Shown piece by piece: positions 24,919 through 33,217 of a stretch of 39,531 nt of DNA; position 1 is the first letter of the stretch; the number at the start of each line of letters is the position of its first letter. The translations under genes and the position numbers were made by a program. The DNA lies in the IMG/VR virus record IMGVR_UViG_3300035492_000154, positions 1 through 39,531 of that record; one strand, written 5' to 3'. Source of the stretch: a virus. Taxonomy: Duplodnaviria > Caudoviricetes. A model generated the notes under the pieces. That model searched no databases. It saw only the letters and a list, made by a program, of their open reading frames with translations, and was not told the DNA's origin.

Positions 24919-25434
24919 ATGAACTACATCACCCTCGACGACCTGGCCGAACGCCCAGGCGCCCGCGAGCTGGCCCAGGTGGCCACCAAGGAAGGCGTGC
25001 GTGCGGTGGCCACCGATCTGATGGAAGCCACCCTGCGCGGCGCTGACCGCAGCGCCTGGCCGACTGACCAGGTCGCCGTTGCGGATGATGCCCTGCAGCG
25101 CATCCAGGATGCCGTCACCGAGGCTGAAAGCCTGATCGATGGCTACCTGGCCAAGCGCAGCTATCCGCTGCCGCTCAGCCCGGTACCGAAGCTGGTCACC
25201 GGCTGGGCGCGCGATATCGCCCGCTACCTGCTGCACAAGGATCGCGGGGGGAAAGAGGACAACGACCCGATCGTGCGCAACTACAAGGATGCGCTGAAGT
25301 TCCTGGGCCTGGTCGCCGAGGGAAAGTTCAACCTGGGCGCTGAAGACCCGATCGCCAGCAACCCGGATCTGCTCGACGTGCGCTTCGAGTCCGCACCGAG
25401 CGTGTTCAACCGACCCAACAGGCGGGCGTTCTGA
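24919..25434 (+). CDS. Head-tail connector (Mu gp36 / DUF1320)
   Basis: IDGYLAKRSYPLPL...DIARYLLH...YKDALKFL. Confidence 0.85.
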   Translation: MNYITLDDLAERPGARELAQVATKEGVRAVATDLMEATLRGADRSAWPTDQVAVADDALQRIQDAVTEAESLIDGYLAKRSYPLPLSPVPKLVTGWARDIARYLLHKDRGGKEDNDPIVRNYKDALKFLGLVAEGKFNLGAEDPIASNPDLLDVRFESAPSVFNRPNRRAF

Positions 25435-25874
25435 TGAGCTTCGCGCCCCTGGATACCACGCTCGTCGAGAACCGCCTGCGCGACCAGGTGCAGGACTTCG
25501 GCGAGGTCAACGGCGCTGCTGCGTATCACACGCTCAAGGGCCTGGACAGCTTTCGCACCGGCGACTGCTGGGTGGTGCTGGCCGCCGAGAGCAACCCGGC
25601 AGCCGATGGCGGCCAGCCTCGGCGAAAGGCGGCAGCCGCTGCCGTGTTTGGCGTGGTGATCTGCGCCAGGAACTACCGCGACGTGCATGCGGACGCGGCC
25701 AAGGATGAAGTGATGACGTATGTCGGTAAGGCCCGAGAGGCACTTATCGGCTGGGCCCCAGCCGGCTGGAAGGAGTGCATCTGGCTCAAGGGCCAGGTGC
25801 TCGATAGCGACAGCGACCGTGTGCTCTGGATCGACATTTACACCACCACCCACGTACTAGGGGGCAACCCGTGA
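25434..25874 (+). CDS. Putative tail terminator / neck protein (gp37-like position)
   Basis: Synteny; REALIGWAP motif. Confidence 0.65.
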   Translation: MSFAPLDTTLVENRLRDQVQDFGEVNGAAAYHTLKGLDSFRTGDCWVVLAAESNPAADGGQPRRKAAAAAVFGVVICARNYRDVHADAAKDEVMTYVGKAREALIGWAPAGWKECIWLKGQVLDSDSDRVLWIDIYTTTHVLGGNP

Positions 25875-26080
25875 GCAAGCAACCCGAAACTGCAGCCAAG
25901 CCGGCTGCCAAGCCCGAGCTGCACAAGGTGAAACTGGCCAAGCCGCACAAGCATGCCGGCCAGGATCACCCCAAAGGCGCGACCATCGACGTGACCGCCC
26001 CTGAGCGCGACTTCCTGATTCGCGCGGGTGTGATCGCAACCCCTGAAACTACCGACGCTGCCGCTCCGGCTGCCGAATAA
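25871..26080 (+). CDS. Small hypothetical virion-region protein
   Basis: VKLAKPHKHAG...GATIDV...FLIRAGVI; GTGA overlap with the upstream gene. Confidence 0.65.
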   Translation: MSKQPETAAKPAAKPELHKVKLAKPHKHAGQDHPKGATIDVTAPERDFLIRAGVIATPETTDAAAPAAE

Positions 26081-26091
26081 CGAGGTGCACA

Positions 26092-26865
26092 ATGTCTGAG
26101 TCTTACTACTTCGGCCAAGGCAAGCTGTGGATTGCCGAGATCCTCGCGGGTGGTTTGTTGGGGCCCTGGGTCTGGATTGGTGACGTGTCCGAATTGTCGG
26201 GCCAGGGCGCCGAAACCCGTGTTCAGCACCGTGAGTCGTTCAGTGGCGTGAATGCCATGGTTCGTGACTTCGGCAAAGAGCTGGGCATGACCTGGAACGC
26301 CACCATGCACCAACTCGATGCCGACAACGTTGGCCGCTTCACCCGTTCCCGCATGAGTGCGCAGATCGCCGGTACCGTGACCGGTGAGGAGCTGCCGAAC
26401 CCGGTGGCTAATGGTGATCTGATCTCGCTCGATCACATGAACGTGACTGACCTGGTCATTACCGACAGCGTGACGCCGACCCCGGTTACGCTGGTGCGCG
26501 GCACTCACTACGACTACGACATCTTCGGCGATGTCGAGATCCTGACCCTGCCGACCTCGCCGGCACCGACCCAGCCGCTGAAGGCCGCCTACAGCCACGG
26601 GGCTACCAAGCAGGCCGCGTTCCTGGCCGGTACCGACAAGAACTACGCGCTGAAGTACAAAGGCATCAACCTGGCCGAGAACGGTGCGCCCATCCAGGTC
26701 GAACTGTACAAGACCAGTGCCGGCCTGCTGCAGCAGCTGTCGCTCATCACCAGCGGCAACCAGTTGGCCGGCTCGCCGGTCACCTTCACCACGCTGCTGG
26801 ATTCCAGCAAGCCTGCATCGGGCGACCTCGGTCAGTTTGGCCGCTTCGTTGAGATGGCTGCCTGA
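26092..26865 (+). CDS. Major tail tube protein (non-contractile tail)
   Basis: YYFGQGK N-terminus and LGQFGR C-terminus; followed by the chaperone pair; no sheath gene present. Confidence 0.8.
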   Translation: MSESYYFGQGKLWIAEILAGGLLGPWVWIGDVSELSGQGAETRVQHRESFSGVNAMVRDFGKELGMTWNATMHQLDADNVGRFTRSRMSAQIAGTVTGEELPNPVANGDLISLDHMNVTDLVITDSVTPTPVTLVRGTHYDYDIFGDVEILTLPTSPAPTQPLKAAYSHGATKQAAFLAGTDKNYALKYKGINLAENGAPIQVELYKTSAGLLQQLSLITSGNQLAGSPVTFTTLLDSSKPASGDLGQFGRFVEMAA

Positions 26866-26867
26866 TC

Positions 26868-27383
26868 ATGGCCCAGCGCAAGGAGAAGAAAGGCATCATC
26901 ACCGCGCCCGAGGCCCCGGCTGCCGAAGGCGCGGATGACCTGCAGAAACTTCACCCCAACCTGGAGGCGAAGCTGAACGGGCGCGTTGTCGTCGTGCGCG
27001 AGTACGGCTTCGTCGAGGGCCTGCTGGTTCGCCAGCAGCTCAAGCCCTTCCTGGAGGGGCTGTACGAGCTGATCAAAGCCGAATCTGTGCCGCCCCTGGA
27101 ACAGATCATGGAGCTGGTCGTTGCCCACCTGGGCGACGTCCTGCAGGCGGTGGCCACCTCGGCCGACATCGAGGTCGAGGAGCTGCGCTCGCTGAAGGAC
27201 CAGGACGAAGGCGATGCCCTGCTACTCAAGTGGTGGACAGCCAACGGCCCTTTTTTCTATCGGCGCGCCCTAAGTCGGATTCTGGCCGAGCGCTATCGCG
27301 CGGCCGAGGCGGAAAAGCAGCGCGCTGGGCAGACGTCTACGCCTGCCTCATCCGCGCCGGATACGGCGACGTCGAGCGAATAG
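26868..27383 (+). CDS. Tail assembly chaperone (lambda G analogue)
   Basis: Located after the tail tube; VREYGFVEGL...WWTANGPFF; contains the slippery site CCCTTTT. Confidence 0.8.
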   Translation: MAQRKEKKGIITAPEAPAAEGADDLQKLHPNLEAKLNGRVVVVREYGFVEGLLVRQQLKPFLEGLYELIKAESVPPLEQIMELVVAHLGDVLQAVATSADIEVEELRSLKDQDEGDALLLKWWTANGPFFYRRALSRILAERYRAAEAEKQRAGQTSTPASSAPDTATSSE

Positions 27384-27532
27384 GCCGATACACCGAGCGG
27401 CAGATCCTGCTGTTTTTCGAGGCTGAAAAGCGCAACAGGCGCACGGAACGTGCCGAGATGCTGAAGGACATGAACCTGGCCTTCGCCGGTGGCGAGGCCG
27501 CCAACAAGCACTTCAAAGAGCTGTTGCCGTAG
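27248..27532 (+). CDS. -1 frameshift extension of the chaperone (G-T analogue; fused product 26868-27532)
   Basis: X XXY YYZ heptamer C CCT TTT at 27248-27254; the -1 frame is open to TAG at 27532 and has no good start of its own. Confidence 0.75.
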   Translation, partial: PFFLSARPKSDSGRALSRGRGGKAARWADVYACLIRAGYGDVERIGRYTERQILLFFEAEKRNRRTERAEMLKDMNLAFAGGEAANKHFKELLP

Positions 27533-27540
27533 GAGGAACC

Positions 27541-27717
27541 ATGAAACAGGCCATTGCCGAGCTGCAACGCACTGCCGAGATCGCCGAGAACAACCTGCCC
27601 ATCAGCGAGCAGGCCGGCGACGTCGCCCAGGCCGAGCTGCAGCGCACCACCTCGCAGGAGTGCCGTGAGGCGATCGAGCGGTTGCAAGGGAGTGAACAGG
27701 CGCCTGCTGGCGACTGA
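27541..27717 (+). CDS. Small acidic helical protein (58 aa; not in the ORF track)
   Basis: AGGAGG RBS; MKQAIAELQRTAEIAENNLPISEQAGDVAQAELQRTTSQECREAIERLQGSEQAPAGD*. Confidence 0.7.
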   Translation: MKQAIAELQRTAEIAENNLPISEQAGDVAQAELQRTTSQECREAIERLQGSEQAPAGD

Positions 27718-27719
27718 GT

Positions 27720-27821
27720 ATGAAGAAGGGCTCCTGGTCCTGGTGCGCCAACACCAAGACCAGGCGCCGAACAGGCAACACCGTGCCAATCCAGCCAAGG
27801 CCCTCCGCTCACGCGTGAGCC
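27720..27821 (-). ncRNA. Candidate structured non-coding RNA, divergent from com
   Basis: Several stems (27807-27820; 27727-27731/27800-27804; 27733-27745/27752-27764; 27774-27777/27784-27787) downstream of an extended -10 TGCTAGGCT (27835-27827). Confidence 0.45.
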
Positions 27822-27857
27822 GGGCGAGCCTAGCAAATGGTAAAGGTGTTGCCGAGA

Positions 27858-28043
27858 GTGAAAGACTTACGTTGTGGCGGTTGTCACCGCTTGCTGGCCA
27901 AAGTTGGCCAGTTCGATGTTCTGCAGATCAAGTGCCCGCGTTGCCGGGCCATCAATCACCTGAGGGCCGAGAGCCTCCCCACCACGCCATCGAGCGCTGG
28001 CCAGGAGGCCTCATGCAAGCCCAACCCATCATCCCTTGGATAG
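27858..28043 (+). CDS. com: Com-family zinc-finger translational regulator
   Basis: KDLRCGGCHRLLAK...LQIKCPRCRAIN signature; its 3' end overlaps the start of a DNA-modification gene, as in Mu com-mom. Confidence 0.85.
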   Translation: MKDLRCGGCHRLLAKVGQFDVLQIKCPRCRAINHLRAESLPTTPSSAGQEASCKPNPSSLG

Positions 28044-28807
28044 GCGGCAAGCGTCGGCTTGCCGATCGCATCTTCCCTTTGTTCCCGCGTCACAGCTGCT
28101 ACGTCGAACCGTTCGCGGGCGGCGCAGCGCTGTTCTTCCTGCGCCCGGTACCGGCCGAGGTCGAGGTGCTTAACGATATCAACGGTGACCTGGTCAATCT
28201 GTACCGGGTCGTGCAGCACCACCTGGAAGAGTTCGTTCGCCAGTTCAAGTGGGCGCTGAGCAGCCGCCAGGTGTTCAAGTGGCTGCAGGAGACACGCCCG
28301 GAAACACTGACCGATATCCAGCGGGCCGCCAGGTTCTACTACCTGCAGCAATCCGCTTTCGGTGGCCGGGTCGATGGCCAGAGCTATGGCACGGCCACCA
28401 CCCAGCCGCCAGGGCTCAACCTGTTGCGGATCGAGGAGGCGCTATCGGCCGCGCACCTGCGGTTGAGCAACACCTACATCGAGCACCTGAGCTGGGCCGA
28501 GTGCATCCGACGCTACGATAGGCCGCACACGCTGTTTTATTGCGACCCGCCTTACTGGCAGACCGAGGGTTATGGAGTGCCGTTCGGCTTCGAGCAGTAC
28601 GAGGAAATGGCCGAGCTGATCGGTCGGATCAAGGGTAAGGCGATCATCAGCCTGAACGACCACCCGGACATCCGCCGTGTGTTCGGCCGGTATCACATCG
28701 AGAGCACCGACATCACCTACACCGTTAGCGGTGGCCAAGGAACTCAGGCTCGTGAAGTGCTGATCTTCAGCTGGGATATCCAGGCGGAGCCTGCTGGCCT
28801 GTTCTGA
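28013..28807 (+). CDS. D12-class N6-adenine DNA methyltransferase (Dam-like)
   Basis: WIGGKRRLA, YVEPFAGGAA, LNDIN and FYCDPPY motifs; AGGAGG RBS; start refined to 28013. Confidence 0.92.
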   Translation: MQAQPIIPWIGGKRRLADRIFPLFPRHSCYVEPFAGGAALFFLRPVPAEVEVLNDINGDLVNLYRVVQHHLEEFVRQFKWALSSRQVFKWLQETRPETLTDIQRAARFYYLQQSAFGGRVDGQSYGTATTQPPGLNLLRIEEALSAAHLRLSNTYIEHLSWAECIRRYDRPHTLFYCDPPYWQTEGYGVPFGFEQYEEMAELIGRIKGKAIISLNDHPDIRRVFGRYHIESTDITYTVSGGQGTQAREVLIFSWDIQAEPAGLF

Positions 28808-28852
28808 TTTTCGGCTGGCCGAAAATACACCCACCCGCGCGCGCGAGAACAT
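28808..28852 (+). promoter_or_regulatory. Activator-dependent late promoter 3 (tape measure/tail tip)
   Basis: TTTTCGGCTGGCCGAAAA (one mismatch to the other two copies), 21-bp spacer, GAACAT hexamer. Confidence 0.72.
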
Positions 28853-28883
28853 GACGGCATCCCACCCATCTGGATGCTGACCG

Positions 28884-31800
28884 ATGACCACTCGCGGCGA
28901 TATCGAATTTGCCCTGCGTCTACGCACTGACCTGGAACAAGGCCAGCAGCAGCTGCAGGCGCTGGCCGATTCGGTCGAGAACGTCGGCGCTGCCGCTGCG
29001 ACATCGAGCACCCAGCTCGGCCAGGTTGGCGAGAGCGCCGACCAGCAGGCCGCCCGCATCCGTGCCATGGTCGAGGCCAGCCTGCAGCAGCAGGCAGCAG
29101 CGGATGCACTGGCCAATAGCGTCGAGCGTGGCAACACCGTTGCCCAGGAGGCCAATAGCACCTGGCAGCAGACGGCCGCCGCTCAGACCGAGGCGATGAA
29201 CGCCTATCACAACGCCGAGCGCGCCGCCGAGCAGAAGGCTCAGGCCGACCTGAAGGCCGCCGAGGCCGCCGCTGCCGCCGCTGCATCCGCCGAGAAGGAA
29301 GGCCAGGAGCTGCAGCAGCTACTGGGCAAGATCGACCCGGTGATCCGCAAGCTCGACGAACTCGACGACATGGAGCAGAAGCTGCGCCGTGCTCGCGCAT
29401 CGGGCCAGATCGATCTGGACACCTTCGACGAGTTCAATGCCAAGCTCCAGGAGCAACGCCAGCGCCTCGGCGGCACCACGGACGCTATGCGCGTCGCCGG
29501 CATCACGGCTGGCCAGTACCAGCAGGCCATGCGTCAGCTACCGATGCAGATCACCGATATCACCACCAGCCTGGCCAGCGGTATGCCGGTGTGGCTGGTG
29601 GCGGTGCAGCAAGGTGGCCAGATCCGCGACAGCTTCGGCGGCTGGGCCAACGCCGGCCGTGCTCTGGTCAGCACCATCAACCCGCTGACATTGGCCATTG
29701 CCAGCGTTACCGCTGCCATTGGTGCCACTGTGATCGCCGCCGTCCAGGGGGCGGCCGAGACCTACGAGTACGAAAAAGCCATTGCCCTGACAGGCAACTC
29801 TGCCGGCGTGACGTCGGACCAGTTGGCGGCAATGGCCAGGCAGATCGATGGCGTTTCTGGCACCCAACGTCAGGCTGCTGCAGCCCTGGCCGAAGTCACC
29901 GCCGCGGGCAAGTTCACTGCTGATCAGATCCAGCTGATCGCCACCACTGCGGTGGTGATGGAGAACAGCATCGGCCGCGCAGTGGGCGCTACGGTCGACG
30001 AGTTCAAGCGCCTGGCCGAGGAGCCGGCCGAGGCTTCCGCCAAGCTGAACGAGCAGTACAACTACCTCACAGTCGCGGTGTATGAGCAGATCGCGGCGCT
30101 GGAGGCCCAGGGCGATCAGGCTGGTGCGGCCCAGGTGGCGATGGAGGCTCTGGCCGAAGCCATGCAGAGCCGGGCGGCCGATATCGCCGGTAACCTCGGC
30201 CTGGTCGAGTCAGCGTGGCAGGCGGTCAAGAATGTCGCCGCTGAGGCATGGGACGCGATGCTCGACATCGGCCGAGCTGACACCCTGGAAGACAAGCTCG
30301 CCGAGGTAGCCCGCCAGCGGCAGACCGCTATGTTCGGCGTGCGCGGTGACCGAGTTGGTGCTGGCGTGGACCCTGCCCTTGAGGCGCGCCTGGCTGCTGA
30401 AGAGCAAGGCCTGCGCGAGCAGATTCGCCTGCGCGATGAGCAAGCCAAGCAACAGGCCGAAACTGCCGCCGCTGAGCGTGAGGCCATCGCTCAATCGAAA
30501 GAGCGCACCAAGGCCGCAGATGCCTTCGTCAAGGGGGCCGAGGCCCAGCTGCAAAGTCTGCAGAATCTGACCAGCGTTGAGCGTGCCCAGCGGGTGATGC
30601 AGGAGCAGAACATCGAGGCTACCAGCGAGCTGGGCAAGCGCATGCTGGAGGCGGCTGAGGCCACCGATAAGCAGCGCGAGGCCAACGAGGCTGAAGCCGA
30701 AGCCAAGCGCAGGGCGACCGAGGAGCAACGCAAGGCCACTGCCGCGCAGCGCGAACAGGAGCGCGCCGCTCAAGCCGCGCTGCGCGCCACCGAGCAGAGC
30801 ATCCGCCAGCAGCTGAGCTATGTGCAGGGCCTTGAGGATCAGGCTGCCAAGATCGGGCTAACGGCTGCCGAGGTGCGTCAGTACGAGCTGGCCGAGAAAG
30901 GCCTGACCGGCGCCATGCTCGAGCGTGCTCGAGCAGCGCTGGCTCTGATCGATGCCAGCGAGGTGCAGCGCCAGGCCGACGCCAACGCGCGGGTCAATGC
31001 CGGTTTGGAGGCCGAGTTCCTCCGCGCCTCGGGCCGTGAAACCGATGCCGCACTGCTGGAGATCCGCACCAAATTCGCCGGCATGCGCACCGAGTTCGAA
31101 AAGGCCGGCAACGAGGCCGGCCTGGCGTGGCTGGACAAGCTGATCCCGGTGGCCGAGGCCAAGGTGCGTGTGGACGACGTGCAGCGTGAGATGGACCGTA
31201 TCCTGGCTGAGCAGCAGCGCCAGGAACAGTCGGTCAACGTGCAGCAGGACGCCGGCCTGATCACCGAGCTGCAGGCGCGCGAGCGCATCCTGGAGATCCA
31301 CCGCCAGACTTACGCCCAGCTCGAACAGATACGCCCGGTGCTGGCCGAGCTGGCTGCGCAACCTGGTGCAGTCGGCGAAGCGGCCTCCCAGGCCCTGTAC
31401 GCACTCGACGCTCAAGCCCAGCGCCTGATGGCCACCACCACGCTCCTGCAGGAGACGCTGCGTGACGGGCTGACTACAGGCCTCACCGAAGCCCTGACCG
31501 GACTGGCACGCGGGACCATGACCCTGCGCGAGGCCGTCAGCGCCCTCGGCCAGAGTGTGCTCGATGCGCTCACCCGCATGGCCGCCGAGAACCTGGCCCA
31601 GTCCATCACTGGTGGCGTTATGGGGCTGTTTGGCGGTGGCGGCCAGGATGGTGCTGGCCTCACCACTGGGGCGGCAGCTGTAACGACATCGGCCGGCGCG
31701 CTCAGCGCTGCCGGCGCCACGCTGATGACCGGCGCAGCAGCCATTCAGACCGCTGCCGCCAGCCTCGCAGCGGCCAATGGCGTAAGCGGCGCCACTGGCT

Positions 31801-32357
31801 CTGGCTCGTCGGGTGGTTCTGGCTGGTTGGGTCTCATCGCTTCGGGGGCCAGTGCCTATTTCGGCGGTGGCGCCGGCGGTGCTGCTGGAGCCAGTACCTA
31901 CACCGGTGCTTATGGTTTCGCCGAGGGTGGCAAGGTAAAGGGGCCTGGCACGCCAACCAGCGACTCAATCCTTGCCGCACTTTCGACCGAGGAAGTCGTC
32001 ATCCGCGCCGCCTCGGCCATGCAACCAGGTGCGACCGACTTTCTCCTGGACTTCAATGCGCGGGGCATGCAGGCGCTGCACGACTGGGCTTTTCAGTACG
32101 CCTACCACCACAACACTGGCGGCCTTGCCGGCGTGCCGGCACCGGCCTTGCCGTCGCCTGGGCTGGCAAACACCCGACTGGCCGAGCCGGCGAAGGAGTC
32201 GGGTACCACGCTCAAGAACAGCCAGAACTTCTATCTGATCGACGATCCGCAGCGGATCGGCGACGTGATGTCCGGCCCGGTCGGCAGCGAGTCGATCGCC
32301 GTTGCTATCTCCCGTGAGCCCGGCAAGTTCCGCCAAATCCTAGGACTGAATCCCTGA
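28884..32357 (+). CDS. Tail tape measure protein
   Basis: 1157 aa, Ala/Glu/Gln-rich and helical; LPMQITDI...QQGGQIRDSFGG and FAEGGKVKGPGTPTSDSI motifs. Confidence 0.93.
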   Translation: MTTRGDIEFALRLRTDLEQGQQQLQALADSVENVGAAAATSSTQLGQVGESADQQAARIRAMVEASLQQQAAADALANSVERGNTVAQEANSTWQQTAAAQTEAMNAYHNAERAAEQKAQADLKAAEAAAAAAASAEKEGQELQQLLGKIDPVIRKLDELDDMEQKLRRARASGQIDLDTFDEFNAKLQEQRQRLGGTTDAMRVAGITAGQYQQAMRQLPMQITDITTSLASGMPVWLVAVQQGGQIRDSFGGWANAGRALVSTINPLTLAIASVTAAIGATVIAAVQGAAETYEYEKAIALTGNSAGVTSDQLAAMARQIDGVSGTQRQAAAALAEVTAAGKFTADQIQLIATTAVVMENSIGRAVGATVDEFKRLAEEPAEASAKLNEQYNYLTVAVYEQIAALEAQGDQAGAAQVAMEALAEAMQSRAADIAGNLGLVESAWQAVKNVAAEAWDAMLDIGRADTLEDKLAEVARQRQTAMFGVRGDRVGAGVDPALEARLAAEEQGLREQIRLRDEQAKQQAETAAAEREAIAQSKERTKAADAFVKGAEAQLQSLQNLTSVERAQRVMQEQNIEATSELGKRMLEAAEATDKQREANEAEAEAKRRATEEQRKATAAQREQERAAQAALRATEQSIRQQLSYVQGLEDQAAKIGLTAAEVRQYELAEKGLTGAMLERARAALALIDASEVQRQADANARVNAGLEAEFLRASGRETDAALLEIRTKFAGMRTEFEKAGNEAGLAWLDKLIPVAEAKVRVDDVQREMDRILAEQQRQEQSVNVQQDAGLITELQARERILEIHRQTYAQLEQIRPVLAELAAQPGAVGEAASQALYALDAQAQRLMATTTLLQETLRDGLTTGLTEALTGLARGTMTLREAVSALGQSVLDALTRMAAENLAQSITGGVMGLFGGGGQDGAGLTTGAAAVTTSAGALSAAGATLMTGAAAIQTAAASLAAANGVSGATGSGSSGGSGWLGLIASGASAYFGGGAGGAAGASTYTGAYGFAEGGKVKGPGTPTSDSILAALSTEEVVIRAASAMQPGATDFLLDFNARGMQALHDWAFQYAYHHNTGGLAGVPAPALPSPGLANTRLAEPAKESGTTLKNSQNFYLIDDPQRIGDVMSGPVGSESIAVAISREPGKFRQILGLNP

Positions 32358-33217
32358 TGCCTCATCAAATCGGCTTCGTCGACAACTCGGGCGGCGTGCT
32401 CGCCCACTACAAGATGCTGGAAGTGATCCGCGACTTCGCCTCGGCGAACGGCTGGACGGTGCTGCGCTACAACACCGCCCCGGCCAACCGCGAGTTGATC
32501 CTGAAAGGCTTGGGCTACACCGGCGAGGAGGAGATCTTCGTCGGCTTCCGCACGTACCAGGATGCCTCAGCGGACTACTACAACCTATTGGCTGGGGTCT
32601 TCACCGGCTACGTCGCCGGCAACACATTCGACACGCAACCAGGTGCGTTCCTGACAGGCCTACCGGCGCACAACCAGCGCATCGATTACTGGCTGACCCT
32701 CAACGCCCAGCGTATTGCCCTGGCCATGAAGGTCGGTACTCCCGTCTACGAGACCTGCTACTTGGGCAAGATGCTGCCCTACGGCCGTCCGAGCCAGTAT
32801 CCCTACCCCGTGGTGTGTGCCGGCATGCTCATCGGGGCTGCAGCAGTTCGATTTAGCGACAACACGGCGATTCACACCCTGGGCTTCAAGGGCAACTCAG
32901 CCCGCATGGGGCTGCGCGGGAACGATGGATGGATCACCCCTCGGTGTTATCCCTGGAGCAATCCCTTCATCGCTGGTGCCGGCACGTCGTCCACCGCCAC
33001 TAACATGCGCGACACCGGTGGGGTCTATCACCTGCTGCCTCTGGAACTGCATGACGCCACCAACCTATGGGGCGCACTGGAGGGAGTTTTCTATATCAGC
33101 GGTTTCAACAACGCGGTGGAGAACACGTTGACTATCGAGGGTGTCACCTACGTCGTGATCCAGGACGTTAGCCGCAACGGGTTCACTGACTATTACGCAA
33201 TGAGGCTCGACACCTGA
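32357..33217 (+). CDS. Virion structural (tail) protein
   Basis: Directly after the TMP; beta-rich; resembles post-TMP proteins of Pseudomonas Mu-like siphophages. Confidence 0.7.
   Translation: MPHQIGFVDNSGGVLAHYKMLEVIRDFASANGWTVLRYNTAPANRELILKGLGYTGEEEIFVGFRTYQDASADYYNLLAGVFTGYVAGNTFDTQPGAFLTGLPAHNQRIDYWLTLNAQRIALAMKVGTPVYETCYLGKMLPYGRPSQYPYPVVCAGMLIGAAAVRFSDNTAIHTLGFKGNSARMGLRGNDGWITPRCYPWSNPFIAGAGTSSTATNMRDTGGVYHLLPLELHDATNLWGALEGVFYISGFNNAVENTLTIEGVTYVVIQDVSRNGFTDYYAMRLDT

Noticed and set aside
27554-28012. 153-aa N-terminal extension of the methyltransferase given in the ORF track
   Set aside because: It overlaps a better small ORF, the structured region and com; the ATG at 28013 has a strong SD and MTase motifs begin right after it.
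13354-28825. Recurrent palindromes as CRISPR repeats, REP elements or terminators
   Set aside because: There are only three copies, kilobases apart, with no spacers and no loop, each at a fixed distance from a -10-like hexamer upstream of late operons.
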